Positions 46,773 to 55,521 of a stretch of DNA of 64,000 nucleotides are shown here, piece by piece. The position numbers were made by a program, and so were the translations under genes. The stretch is from a bacterium (lineage in GTDB: Bacteria; Hydrothermota; Tepidihabitantia; B3-TA06). Location: positions 7,061 through 71,060 of the forward strand of contig JAAYVC010000095.1 in assembly GCA_012517375.1 (NCBI GenBank). Direction: 5' to 3'. How positions within the stretch are numbered: position 1 is the stretch's first letter; every line of letters begins with the position of its first letter. The notes under the pieces are model-generated. The model had not been told where the DNA came from. It was given only the letters and a program-made list of their open reading frames with translations, and ran no database searches.

Positions 46773-48266
46773 TCAGTCCTTCTTCGAATCCTTGCCGGCA
46801 AGGGCTGCATCGAAGTATTTCGCAAGATTCTCATCACGGACGCGCTTCATTTCAGATCTTGGAAGCGTGGTCAGGAGCTCCCAGCCCAGGTCGAGCGTAT
46901 ACTCTATTGTTCTGTTCTCATATTCCGACTGGGAGATGTAGCGGCGTTCGAAATCCTCCGCAAACTTCATGTAAAGCTTATCTATATCCGTGAGAGCGGC
47001 CTCTCCGAGAATGACCGCAAGTTCCTGAGCCTCTTTCCCTCTCGCGTAAGCCGCATATAGCTGATTGAAGGAATCGGCATGATCCTCACGAGTCTTGCCT
47101 TTGCCGATGCCCTTATCCTTCAAACGAGAGAGAGAAGGAAGAACGTCTACGGGAGGCGCGACGTTCTTGTTGTTGAGGACTCGGGAGAGGATTATCTGAC
47201 CTTCGGTGATGTAGCCTGTGAGGTCGGGAATAGGATGGGTCTTATCGTCCTCAGGCATGGTAAGTATGGGTATGAGGGTTATGGAACCCTTAGAGCCTTT
47301 GATTCTTCCGGACCGCTCATAGATAGTCGCAAGATCAGTGTAGAGATAGCCGGGATAACCGCGCCTGCCGGGAATCTCCTTTCTTGCTGCCGAGATCTCG
47401 CGAAGCGCCTCGCAGTAGTTGGTCAAATCGGTCAAGATGACGAGAACGTGGTAATTCTTTGTAAAAGCCAGGTACTCGGCTGCGGTGAATGCCACGCGCG
47501 GTGTTGCGATTCGCTCGATTGCCGGGTCATCGGCAAGATTAAGAAAAAGGACGGTGCGTTCAAGAGCGCCAGTGCGTCGGAAATCCTCGATGAAAAACTC
47601 TGCCTCCTCGAAGGTAATGCCCATTGCTCCGAAGACGACTGCGAACTCCTCGCCCGTTCCAAGAACCCTGGACTGCCGGGCAATCTGCGCGGCCATGCGG
47701 TTGTGAGGAAGACCGGAACCTGAGAAGATGGGCAGCTTCTGACCGCGAACTAGCGTGTTGAGGCCGTCGATGGCGGAGATGCCTGTCTGGATGAACTCGT
47801 TAGGGTAGCTTCTTGAGAAAGGATTGATAGGAAGACCGTTTATGTCCCTGAACTCCTCGGGTATGATTGCGGGAGAGTGGTCGCGCGGCCTGCCAAGACC
47901 GTCGAATACCCTGCCTAAAAGCTCTTCGGAGACACCCAGGGTGATGCCCTTACCGAGAAAGCGCACGCGTGTTTGGCCTATTTCGATTCCGGACGAACCC
48001 TCGAATATCTGGATAAGAGCCTTATCCTGGTTGACCTCAAGCACTCTGCCCCTGCGGCGTTCGCCTGACGGAAGGTAAATCTCAACGAGTTCTTCGTATT
48101 TGACTCCCTCCACTCCCTCGACAAGAAGCAAAGGCCCTGCAACTGAGGAGATAGTCTGGTAATCGGTTATGCCTTTAAAGGCTCTAGTTACATCTGATGC
48201 ATCACTGGTGTCGCTGGTGCTACGGGTGTTACGGGTATTACTGGTATTACGGGTGTTACGGGTCAT
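46773..48266 (-). CDS. atpB: V-type ATP synthase subunit B, with an unusual ~27-aa low-complexity N-terminal extension.
   Basis: The core from [36 protein letters not shown]... onward aligns with the NtpB/AtpB consensus. The N-terminal [26 protein letters not shown] is encoded by 9-bp tandem repeats. Its ATG overlaps the atpA stop. Confidence 0.9.
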   Translation of the reverse strand: MTRNTRNTSNTRNTRSTSDTSDASDVTRAFKGITDYQTISSVAGPLLLVEGVEGVKYEELVEIYLPSGERRRGRVLEVNQDKALIQIFEGSSGIEIGQTRVRFLGKGITLGVSEELLGRVFDGLGRPRDHSPAIIPEEFRDINGLPINPFSRSYPNEFIQTGISAIDGLNTLVRGQKLPIFSGSGLPHNRMAAQIARQSRVLGTGEEFAVVFGAMGITFEEAEFFIEDFRRTGALERTVLFLNLADDPAIERIATPRVAFTAAEYLAFTKNYHVLVILTDLTNYCEALREISAARKEIPGRRGYPGYLYTDLATIYERSGRIKGSKGSITLIPILTMPEDDKTHPIPDLTGYITEGQIILSRVLNNKNVAPPVDVLPSLSRLKDKGIGKGKTREDHADSFNQLYAAYARGKEAQELAVILGEAALTDIDKLYMKFAEDFERRYISQSEYENRTIEYTLDLGWELLTTLPRSEMKRVRDENLAKYFDAALAGKDSKKD

Positions 48267-50035
48267 GATACATCCTTTCTCAAAGCTGAAATATCTGTGG
48301 TGATTTCTTCTTCGATTTTCGTGATGCTTTCCCGTTCGGCTTCAGGCAGGTATCTGACTCGGGCTATCTTCTCCCTTACGGGCAGATTGATAAGGCCGTC
48401 AAGCCCGGCGCCCTGTTCGAGCGCCTTCTTCGATTCGCGGAAGTATCTGAGTACAAGGGAGAGCATGCGCGCCTGCTTATCAAGGCTTGCGTATGTGTCA
48501 ATCTCGTGGAATGCGTTTTGATGCAGGAAATCCTCGCGGATAGAGCGCGCGGCTTCCATTATAAGGCGCTCGTTAGGCGAAAGGGCGTCAATGCCTATGA
48601 GACGGACTATCTCAGCGAGATCGGCCTCCTCCTGAAGAAGCCTCATGGCTTCCTTTGAATCCTCGAGGAACTTCGGACCGATGACCGATTTAAGGGATGA
48701 GGCTATTGAGTCAGAGTATAAGGAGTACGAACGAAGCCAGGAGATGGCAGGAAAATGGCGGGCGTAGGCAAGGTTCGCTTCAAGCGACCAGAACACCTTC
48801 ACGACGCGAAGGGTCGCCTGCACTACAGGGTCGGAAAGGTCTCCTCCGGGTGGCGAAACTGCTCCTATTACGGAAAGCGCGCCACGCCTTGAATCCGAGC
48901 CAAGGCACTCGACAAGCCCGGCCCGCTCGTAAAACTCGGCGATACGGGCGGAGAGGTATGCAGGATAACCTTCCTCGCCCGGCATCTCCTCGAGCCTGCC
49001 GGATATCTCGCGCATTGCTTCTGCCCACCTTGAGGTCGAGTCTGCCATAAGGGCCACGGAGTAGCCCATATCGCGGAAATATTCTGCGATAGTTATTCCT
49101 GTGTAGACTGAGGCTTCGCGCGCAGCAACCGGCATGTTAGATGTGTTGGCTATGAGTACCGTCCGTTTCATAAGGGGTTCTCCGGACTTGGGGTCCTTGA
49201 GTTCAGGGAACTCGATGAGAACGTCGGTCATCTCGTTACCGCGCTCTCCGCAGCCCACGTACACGATGACCTCGGCATCAGCCCATTTAGCAAGCTGGTG
49301 CTGGATTACCGTTTTTCCAGAACCGAAAGGTCCTGGAACGCAGGCGGTTCCTCCCTTACCCAGAGGGAAAAAAGCATCAACCACGCGCTGTCCGGTCGAA
49401 AGTATCTCATGCGGAGCGTATTTGCGTTCATAAGGTCTGGGCTTGCGGACCGGCCAGCGTTCGAGCATTGTCACTTCAGCCTTTTTCCCGTCGGCATTCT
49501 TGATAACGGCAACGGTTTCTTCGATTGTAAAGCTGCCGGAGTTTATCTCCACTACCTCGCCTGAAACTCCGGGCGGAACCATTATCCTGTGCTCTACAAG
49601 GATGGTTTCTTTTACCGTACCGAGGATATCGCCGGGTTTTACGTTCTGGCCTTTTTTTGCAGAAGGATTAAACTGCCACCTGCGCTGTCTTGAAAGAGCA
49701 GGGACTTCCACACCGCGGGATATGAATGCTCCCGTTTTTTCACTGATGTCGGACAATGGACGCTGGATGCCGTCGTAAATGGCTTCCATGAGTCCTGGAC
49801 CAAGCTCGACTGAAAGAGGTTCGAAGGTCGGATACACGGGTTCTCCCGGGCCTATCCCACCCGTATCTTCGTAAACCTGAATGGACGCTCTGTCGCCTGT
49901 AAGACCGATTATCTCTCCGACCAGACGTTTTTCCGAAACCTTAACCACATCGTACATCTTCGAGGTGCTCATACCCTCTGCGACAACTAGGGGTCCTGAA
50001 ACCTTAACTATGCGACCGGTATCTTCTTTTCTCAC
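48263..50035 (-). CDS. atpA: V-type ATP synthase catalytic subunit A.
   Basis: It has Walker [10 protein letters not shown] and the typical non-homologous-region insert. It is 590 aa. Confidence 0.95.
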   Translation of the reverse strand: MRKEDTGRIVKVSGPLVVAEGMSTSKMYDVVKVSEKRLVGEIIGLTGDRASIQVYEDTGGIGPGEPVYPTFEPLSVELGPGLMEAIYDGIQRPLSDISEKTGAFISRGVEVPALSRQRRWQFNPSAKKGQNVKPGDILGTVKETILVEHRIMVPPGVSGEVVEINSGSFTIEETVAVIKNADGKKAEVTMLERWPVRKPRPYERKYAPHEILSTGQRVVDAFFPLGKGGTACVPGPFGSGKTVIQHQLAKWADAEVIVYVGCGERGNEMTDVLIEFPELKDPKSGEPLMKRTVLIANTSNMPVAAREASVYTGITIAEYFRDMGYSVALMADSTSRWAEAMREISGRLEEMPGEEGYPAYLSARIAEFYERAGLVECLGSDSRRGALSVIGAVSPPGGDLSDPVVQATLRVVKVFWSLEANLAYARHFPAISWLRSYSLYSDSIASSLKSVIGPKFLEDSKEAMRLLQEEADLAEIVRLIGIDALSPNERLIMEAARSIREDFLHQNAFHEIDTYASLDKQARMLSLVLRYFRESKKALEQGAGLDGLINLPVREKIARVRYLPEAERESITKIEEEITTDISALRKDVS

Positions 50036-50373
50036 TTTTGCTCCCAGTAGACATCTACTCCAATGGCCTTTTTGATTAATTCTCTCAAGCGTTCTAAAGC
50101 GTACCTTTCTCCTTCACCCAGCGAAGGAATAGGGATGTAGGTCGGGAAAACCCCGCCCTGCCGCTTTAGAAGAAATTCTCTTAAATGAGGATAAAACTCT
50201 TCGGCGTAAAATACTATCTTGTAGTCGCTCTGAGAAAGAGCTTTCGCTCTTTCAAGAGCATCCGATTTTCCTGCAACAATACCTTTAAGACCTACCGCTC
50301 TGAATGGCTCGAGCAGCTCCTTCGGTCCCAGAATACAGGCTTCGCTCGAAACCTTTTCAGTCAAACCATGCAA
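50032..50373 (-). CDS. atpF: V-type ATP synthase subunit F.
   Basis: It is about 100 aa. It has ...[23 protein letters not shown]..., a V-ATPase F-like GF.LAGI region. It lies between C and A as in ntp operons. Its start may be non-ATG. Confidence 0.65.
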   Translation of the reverse strand: MHGLTEKVSSEACILGPKELLEPFRAVGLKGIVAGKSDALERAKALSQSDYKIVFYAEEFYPHLREFLLKRQGGVFPTYIPIPSLGEGERYALERLRELIKKAIGVDVYWEQK

Positions 50374-51343
50374 TTGAATTCCTTACGGTTTCTTTTTCCA
50401 GTCCATACCGCAGTCCTGTGGCAACTCGCGCTATGTTCTTGCGCTCTTCACGCTTTATGAGCGCGTACCCGACAAGAGGTTCGTAACCGAATGTGAGTCT
50501 CCGCGTCGACAATAGCAACAAGAGTTCCGATTCCTTTATTTGCTTTTCAAGCAAAAGAAAACTCTCCGAAACCGCTTTTAATCCCTCTGAAAAGGATTTG
50601 TAACTGTCAATCTTTAAAACGGATGATGATATACCGTCCCTGCCCTGCTCCCACAATATTTTGAATCTTTCAATCTTTACTGCACCGTACGGCAGAAAGC
50701 CTTTTTCAAAAACATCCCATTCTCCTTCTGAGAATTTTAACCTGAGGAAGGTAAGGAGATTTGTCGAATCAACCTGGTGAACCAGAATCGCCCTCAAAAA
50801 TGAATACCCTTTTGAAACCAGATACAGATGTTCTACGAGGGCATTATCGATTATGACGTCAATACTAAAAGCGTCCACGTTCCTGATGTTTGCGGCTACT
50901 GCTTCGCCTGCCGCGTCCTTCAACCAGAGAGGCGCACTTACAGATTCTCCTTCAAGCATCTTCTTGAACACCTCAATTGAGGGTGAACCTTTGGGAACGA
51001 AGAGACTATCGTCTATTTCAGCGCCGTACAATCTGCGAAGTGCTAACTTGAGATTGGAAGCAAGATTAGGCGCATTAAAGAAGTCGCGGATGTCTTCTTC
51101 CTCAAGATAGCGCAGAAAAAAAGCTTCTTCCTCTGCCTCCGCGCGGCCGAGCATTGTATCTACGTCGTCAGCTCTTGTCTCTGAATACGGCGTATCGGCT
51201 AGAGAAGAGATGATCTGATCCTCGCTGCGCGATTCGGAAAGCCGCTCAAACTGCTGTCGGGAAAGAATTCTGGCTTCGCGCGAACGCACACGGCCTACCG
51301 CAAATCCATACCGCGGGTCTTCAGAGGGGGTATACGCGATCAT
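50357..51343 (-). CDS. atpC: V-type ATP synthase subunit C (V0 d-type).
   Basis: The N-terminus YGFAVGRVRSREARILSRQQFERL...ISSLADTPY parallels NtpC. It is 328 aa. Confidence 0.8.
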   Translation of the reverse strand: MIAYTPSEDPRYGFAVGRVRSREARILSRQQFERLSESRSEDQIISSLADTPYSETRADDVDTMLGRAEAEEEAFFLRYLEEEDIRDFFNAPNLASNLKLALRRLYGAEIDDSLFVPKGSPSIEVFKKMLEGESVSAPLWLKDAAGEAVAANIRNVDAFSIDVIIDNALVEHLYLVSKGYSFLRAILVHQVDSTNLLTFLRLKFSEGEWDVFEKGFLPYGAVKIERFKILWEQGRDGISSSVLKIDSYKSFSEGLKAVSESFLLLEKQIKESELLLLLSTRRLTFGYEPLVGYALIKREERKNIARVATGLRYGLEKETVRNSIAWFD

Positions 51344-51351
51344 GTGGAAGG

Positions 51352-51379
51352 ATTATATACAGGCGAAAAGTAGTGTCAA
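51352..51379 (-). promoter_or_regulatory. Perfect-consensus sigma70 promoter (TTGACA-N16-TATAAT) 8 nt upstream of the atpC ATG, so the V-ATPase operon mRNA is probably leaderless.
   Basis: The reverse strand reads cgggTTGACActacttttcgcctgtaTATAATccttccacATG. There is no Shine-Dalgarno sequence. Confidence 0.6.
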
Positions 51380-51480
51380 CCCGAATTCTGAAAGGACAAA
51401 TACATCGAATCAGCCACAAAACCGCTTCTCAAGGGAATAATTTAATGCTCCTGCGGTATTAATGGACAAAGGAGGATGAA

Positions 51481-52110
51481 ATGGCACAAAAAACAGCCAC
51501 CATCCGCGAACATGCAACCGAACGCATGCAGATGGGAGTGATAGGCTCACTGGGAATAGTTGTCACGCTCTTTCTGGTACTTGGAAATATGGGAATTAAA
51601 CCGATGGAAATAAAAAGGGTAAGCTCGGATCCGGTTAAATGGAACGGAACATTGATGGATGAAACAAAATACACTCCTCCGCCCATTAACAGCAAGGTCG
51701 TCGAGGTGACAAAGGCAACATCCGACGATAAGGCAGATACAACCTTACCTGGGCAAACAAATTTCAACGATATTACATTAATAGGCAACGACCGTCTGAA
51801 GAGGACGTTCGACGATGTCAACATCCCTCCTGTAAACGCTGTAAAGCCTCAACTTGTAGGAAAAATGGACGTAAGGTATCCCGAAAGGATGCGCAGACTT
51901 GAAGCCGAAGGACTCGTTATCGTAGGTGCAGCGCTCGACGAAGAAGGACTGGTCTTTGATACAAGGATTTTAAAAGGTTCCGGTTTCGCTGAACTTGACA
52001 GTGCAGCCGTAGATGCTGTCCGCAAGGCCCGCTTTACCCCTGCGATGCAGGGCGACAAGGCTCTTGCAGTCAAGATCTCGGTACCTGTAAAATTCAAACT
52101 AACGGATTAG
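51481..52110 (+). CDS. tonB: Energy transducer TonB family protein.
   Basis: It has an N-terminal transmembrane helix and a Pro-containing linker. The C-terminal TonB domain reads ...YPERMRRLEAEGLVIVGAALDEEGLVFDTRILKGSGFAELDSAAVDAVRKARFTP.... Confidence 0.8.
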   Translation: MAQKTATIREHATERMQMGVIGSLGIVVTLFLVLGNMGIKPMEIKRVSSDPVKWNGTLMDETKYTPPPINSKVVEVTKATSDDKADTTLPGQTNFNDITLIGNDRLKRTFDDVNIPPVNAVKPQLVGKMDVRYPERMRRLEAEGLVIVGAALDEEGLVFDTRILKGSGFAELDSAAVDAVRKARFTPAMQGDKALAVKISVPVKFKLTD

Positions 52111-52125
52111 CACTAGGAGGCTATC

Positions 52126-53121
52126 ATGAAGTTTTTCTTAGGAGTTATACTTGCAGTTCTGGGTTCAACTGCAGACGATGAAGCCGTAGTCAACGCAATA
52201 CCCGGAAAGGTGAGCATTCTCAACTATACAGAGGCTGAAAACCTGAGAATCTATCCCCTATCCTACTCCGGCGACGCTAAAAGCTTTATGGTTCTCAAGG
52301 ATGCCCTGGATAAAGGGCTCGTCGTTGTCAAGGAAAAGGACGAAGGCGAAGTCAATACAGTACTTGTGAAAAATAAGGGATCGAACTCCGTTTTCGCGAT
52401 GGCAGGCGAAGTCATCCTCGGCGCTAAACAGGACCGAATGATAGAAAACGACCTTATCCTTCCACCGAACTCCGGATGGCTCGAAGTCGCAGTCTACTGC
52501 ACCGAACACGGCCGCTGGTCAGGCTCAAGCAAGGAGTTTGCAGCCGCAGACATCAACGTCTCGCCTTCTGTACGAGCCAACGCACGGGCGAATAAAAATC
52601 AGTCAGAAGTCTGGGCTAAAGTAGCTGAGAATCAAGAGAAAGTAATGGGCGGCGCTTCTTCAACCGGCGCATTCAAGGATATTTACGATTCAAAATCCTA
52701 CCAGGGCGACCGCGACAAGTACTGGAAAAAGCTCAAAGACCTTGCCGACAACAACTCAAACATGAAGGGCGTTATCGTATGCGTAGGCGATGAGGTTGTA
52801 GGGATCGACCTCTTCAGTTCCCATACGATGATGAAGAGCTATTGGCATAAGTTGCTGGATTCTTATATAGTTGAAGCAATGCAGGGCGATCAGCACGGCT
52901 CCGTCTCATGGCAGGAAGCAAAAGACCTTTTGAATGAATACACAAAGGCAGACCTCGACGACGAGTATACTCCGGGATCAGGTGACTTATACGAAGTCGA
53001 AGGCGGCGATTCGCAAGGTTCTGTGATTCTTTCAGGCGGCATTCTCGTGCATACCGACCTGTTTCCCGAGCAAACCTCTAAGCCCGTGATTGACGATTAC
53101 AACCAACGATACAACGAGTAG
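52126..53121 (+). CDS. Hypothetical secreted protein.
   Basis: It is 331 aa with a signal peptide. I recognised no catalytic motif. It starts 16 nt after tonB. Confidence 0.45.
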   Translation: MKFFLGVILAVLGSTADDEAVVNAIPGKVSILNYTEAENLRIYPLSYSGDAKSFMVLKDALDKGLVVVKEKDEGEVNTVLVKNKGSNSVFAMAGEVILGAKQDRMIENDLILPPNSGWLEVAVYCTEHGRWSGSSKEFAAADINVSPSVRANARANKNQSEVWAKVAENQEKVMGGASSTGAFKDIYDSKSYQGDRDKYWKKLKDLADNNSNMKGVIVCVGDEVVGIDLFSSHTMMKSYWHKLLDSYIVEAMQGDQHGSVSWQEAKDLLNEYTKADLDDEYTPGSGDLYEVEGGDSQGSVILSGGILVHTDLFPEQTSKPVIDDYNQRYNE

Positions 53122-53199
53122 AAGTTACTATCCGACAAGGGGTTATGGAGTCTGCCCCAACGGATAACCCAATGAGCACAAAGACTCCGCATGTAGCGA

Positions 53200-53232
53200 G
53201 CGATCGCCGCCACAATAAGTGGCGGCGATTTG
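53200..53232 (+). terminator. Perfect 11-bp-stem hairpin ATCGCCGCCAC-aataa-GTGGCGGCGAT, probably the terminator of the 52126..53121 gene.
   Basis: It was seen directly in the sequence. It is followed by TTTGCTTAAGTTATT. Confidence 0.5.
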
Positions 53233-53411
53233 CTTAAGTTATTCCTTTCCTTAAGTTATAGATTGACTTAAGCTGAGGGATTCAATTCCTACGACACGTA
53301 ATAAGTGACGGCGATTTACTAAGTTATTTTTTATTTTTATTTCGATGGAACCAAGCGCATCTTTCTAAAAGGGTCCCCGCAAAGCTGCGGAGCAGGTTTG
53401 TGGGATAGAAA

Positions 53412-53444
53412 AAGATGGTCAAAAGATGATCAAAAGATGGACAA
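53412..53444 (+). repeat. Three tandem 11-bp repeats of the RAAGNTGGTCA family.
   Basis: The copies are AAAGATGGTCA AAAGATGATCA AAAGATGGACA. Confidence 0.85.
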
Positions 53445-53492
53445 TTCGGGAAATTTGCCTTCCAAAATGACCAAATAATAGGGACAAATTTA

Positions 53493-53520
53493 AAACCGCC
53501 ACTCAGGGCGGTAGGTTTTC
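53493..53520. terminator. Bidirectional rho-independent terminator-like hairpin.
   Basis: The sequence is aaACCGCCactcagGGCGGTaggttttctc. It is T-rich on both sides. Confidence 0.5.
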
Positions 53521-53541
53521 TCGGAGTATTTTTCGTGAAAA

Positions 53542-53607
53542 AAAGTAGGTCAGAAGTTGGTCAGAAGTGGGACAAAAGATGGTCAAAAGCTGGTCAAAAG
53601 ATGGACA
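53542..53607 (+). repeat. Six tandem 11-bp repeats of the RAAGNTGGTCA family.
   Basis: The copies are AAAGTAGGTCA GAAGTTGGTCA GAAGTGGGACA AAAGATGGTCA AAAGCTGGTCA AAAGATGGACA. Confidence 0.9.
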
Positions 53608-53806
53608 AATCAACCGCTAAGATGAAGTCAGATTTAATAGTTTGTTGTCAGGTTCAATGGAACGCCTCAGAGCAACATTCCAATGTCATTGCGAGGCTTC
53701 ATCCAGAAGACGAAGCAATTGCCCAAATCATCTTGATCTTTACCCTCTCCTCAGGAAGATGATTCAACGTAGGGGCCGACTTTCAAGTCGACCCGCACCG
53801 CTCGGG

Positions 53807-55057
53807 CTAGATGTTTCCTTCCTCATTTCCATCATCTTGATCTTCATTTTCTTCTTCATATCCAATTTCTTGCTTTGCTTCTTCAACGGGAAGTTCTTCG
53901 ACTTTTCTAAGTTTACCCTGTATCGTTTTCGTTTTTGTAGTGGCTCTTTTTATTGTACCACTTACAGTTTGCAATTGCTTTTGTGTGGTTTCTAAAAGCT
54001 GACCGAAGTTCCCAAACTCGGTCTTAACAGCACCTAGCAATTTCCATACTTCACTAGAACGTTTTTGGATTGTCAAAGTTCTAAACCCCATATGCAAACT
54101 ATTGAGAAATGCAGCAAGCGTCGTTGGACCATTAATTGCAACCCTAAATTCACTTTGCAGACTCTCGGATAACCCTGGTATTCTTATAATCTCCGCAAAT
54201 AGACTCTCTGTGGGTAAGAACATTATTCCAAAATCTGTAGTCTTTGGTGGATCTAAGTATTTATCTTTGATTGATCTAGCTTCTTTTTTGATTGTATCCG
54301 CTAGTTGTTTTCTAGCTATCTCAATCAGCGTGACATCTGCCTTTTCTTGGGCTTCAAGCAATTTGGAATAATCTGCCTGTGGAAATTTTGCATCTATAGG
54401 TAGAAAGACCTCTCCTCCATCCTCATCGCTTTTACCAGGCAACTTTATGGCGTATTCAACCCTCTCTTTTGACCCCTTCTTTATTTGCACATCTTTTTCG
54501 TATTGTTCAGGTGTTAATATTTCTTCAAGAAGATTGCCTAGTTGAATCTCCCCCCAAGTACCTCTAGCTTTCACATTGGTTAATACTTTCTTGAAATCGC
54601 CAACATCGGCCGCCAAAGTCTTCATCTCACCAAGCCCCTGCTGAACGGATTCAAGTTGCTTACTTACCTGATTGAACGATTCACCTAAACGTTTTTCAAG
54701 AGTTGTGTGTAGTTTTTCATCAACTGTTTGTCGCATTTGTTCAAGTTTTTTTTCATTGTCTTCCCGTAATTCCTTTAGCTTCTGATCCATAGTATCTCTC
54801 ATGTAATCAAGTCTTTTCCCAGTTGATTCGGATAAGTCTTTTATTTGATTATTTACTTCTTCCCTAAGAACCTTAGCGTTTTCATTGGATTCTTTTCGAT
54901 TGGTTGCAAACTCACCACGTACAGTACTTCCTAATTCGTTATTAAAACCTTTTAAGATTTCTGATATTTTTTCCTCACTTTTAGTGGGTTTTTTTAGAAG
55001 CACAAATACAAGTAGAACGATAACCACAATCAAAAGAGAAAGCAGAACATATTGCAT
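53807..55057 (-). CDS. rmuC: DNA recombination protein RmuC.
   Basis: It has an N-terminal transmembrane helix and a long coiled coil. The RmuC domain reads ...GTWGEIQLGNLLEEILTPEQYEKDVQ.... It has an acidic C-terminal tail. GC is low (about 40%). Confidence 0.8.
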   Translation of the reverse strand: MQYVLLSLLIVVIVLLVFVLLKKPTKSEEKISEILKGFNNELGSTVRGEFATNRKESNENAKVLREEVNNQIKDLSESTGKRLDYMRDTMDQKLKELREDNEKKLEQMRQTVDEKLHTTLEKRLGESFNQVSKQLESVQQGLGEMKTLAADVGDFKKVLTNVKARGTWGEIQLGNLLEEILTPEQYEKDVQIKKGSKERVEYAIKLPGKSDEDGGEVFLPIDAKFPQADYSKLLEAQEKADVTLIEIARKQLADTIKKEARSIKDKYLDPPKTTDFGIMFLPTESLFAEIIRIPGLSESLQSEFRVAINGPTTLAAFLNSLHMGFRTLTIQKRSSEVWKLLGAVKTEFGNFGQLLETTQKQLQTVSGTIKRATTKTKTIQGKLRKVEELPVEEAKQEIGYEEENEDQDDGNEEGNI

Positions 55058-55094
55058 AGAAACCTCCTGTTTGGTTTCTTTTTTTTGAATTCGG

Positions 55095-55125
55095 AATTAC
55101 GAAATCTTACCCCTTTTCCCTTCCT
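55095..55125 (-). promoter_or_regulatory. Sigma70-like promoter (TTGACA-N16-TAAGAT) for rmuC.
   Basis: The reverse strand reads gcTTGACAaggaagggaaaaggggTAAGATttcg. The RBS is CAGGAGG. Confidence 0.45.
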
Positions 55126-55263
55126 TGTCAAGCCCATTCTTATCAGGAACTTAAGGCGTAAAAGAATCCGTCATCGCGAGGGAGTCGAAGGCGACCGTGG
55201 CGATCTCATAGCACTATCTCAAAAAACGCAAGAAAGAGCCATGTGTTTTAAGCATGTTGCCAT

Positions 55264-55322
55264 GAGATTGCTTCGATTGCTCGAAGCAATCTCGCAAAGA
55301 CAAGGGGCTTAAGCCCCTTGTC
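55264..55322. promoter_or_regulatory. Two adjacent perfect palindromes: a 13-bp-arm inverted repeat (GAGATTGCTTCGA-ttgc-TCGAAGCAATCTC) and a 24-bp perfect palindrome (GACAAGGGGCTTAAGCCCCTTGTC).
   Basis: They were seen directly. They lie between the transporter 3' end and the rmuC promoter, so they could be a terminator or a dimeric-regulator site. Confidence 0.6.
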
Positions 55323-55521
55323 TGAAAAAAGGCTGAAGGCGATTGTTCCGCAAGCGTCGCCCTTCGGACTCACGGCCGCTAGAAGCATCCTCAGAATGAC
55401 GTGGGAGTGTTGTTACGGGTCCCCCTCCCTGGTGGACAGCGTGCCCCTTGGGGTGCCTGCACCTCATAGGGTAGGGGGTTGGGGGCGGGGACATCCGGGG
55501 GGTCCCCAAACGAGAACGCAG

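Noticed and set aside
47079-47723. A 214-aa plus-strand ORF, and others (47485..47706, 48697..49050, 49443..49778), antisense to V-ATPase B and A.
   Set aside because: They are antisense to highly conserved atpA/atpB coding sequence. They have Arg/Ser-rich composition and no RBS or promoter.
51459-51824. A 121-aa minus-strand ORF upstream of atpC.
   Set aside because: It is antisense to the well-supported tonB gene. The real V-ATPase promoter lies at 51352-51379, so the operon does not extend into this ORF.
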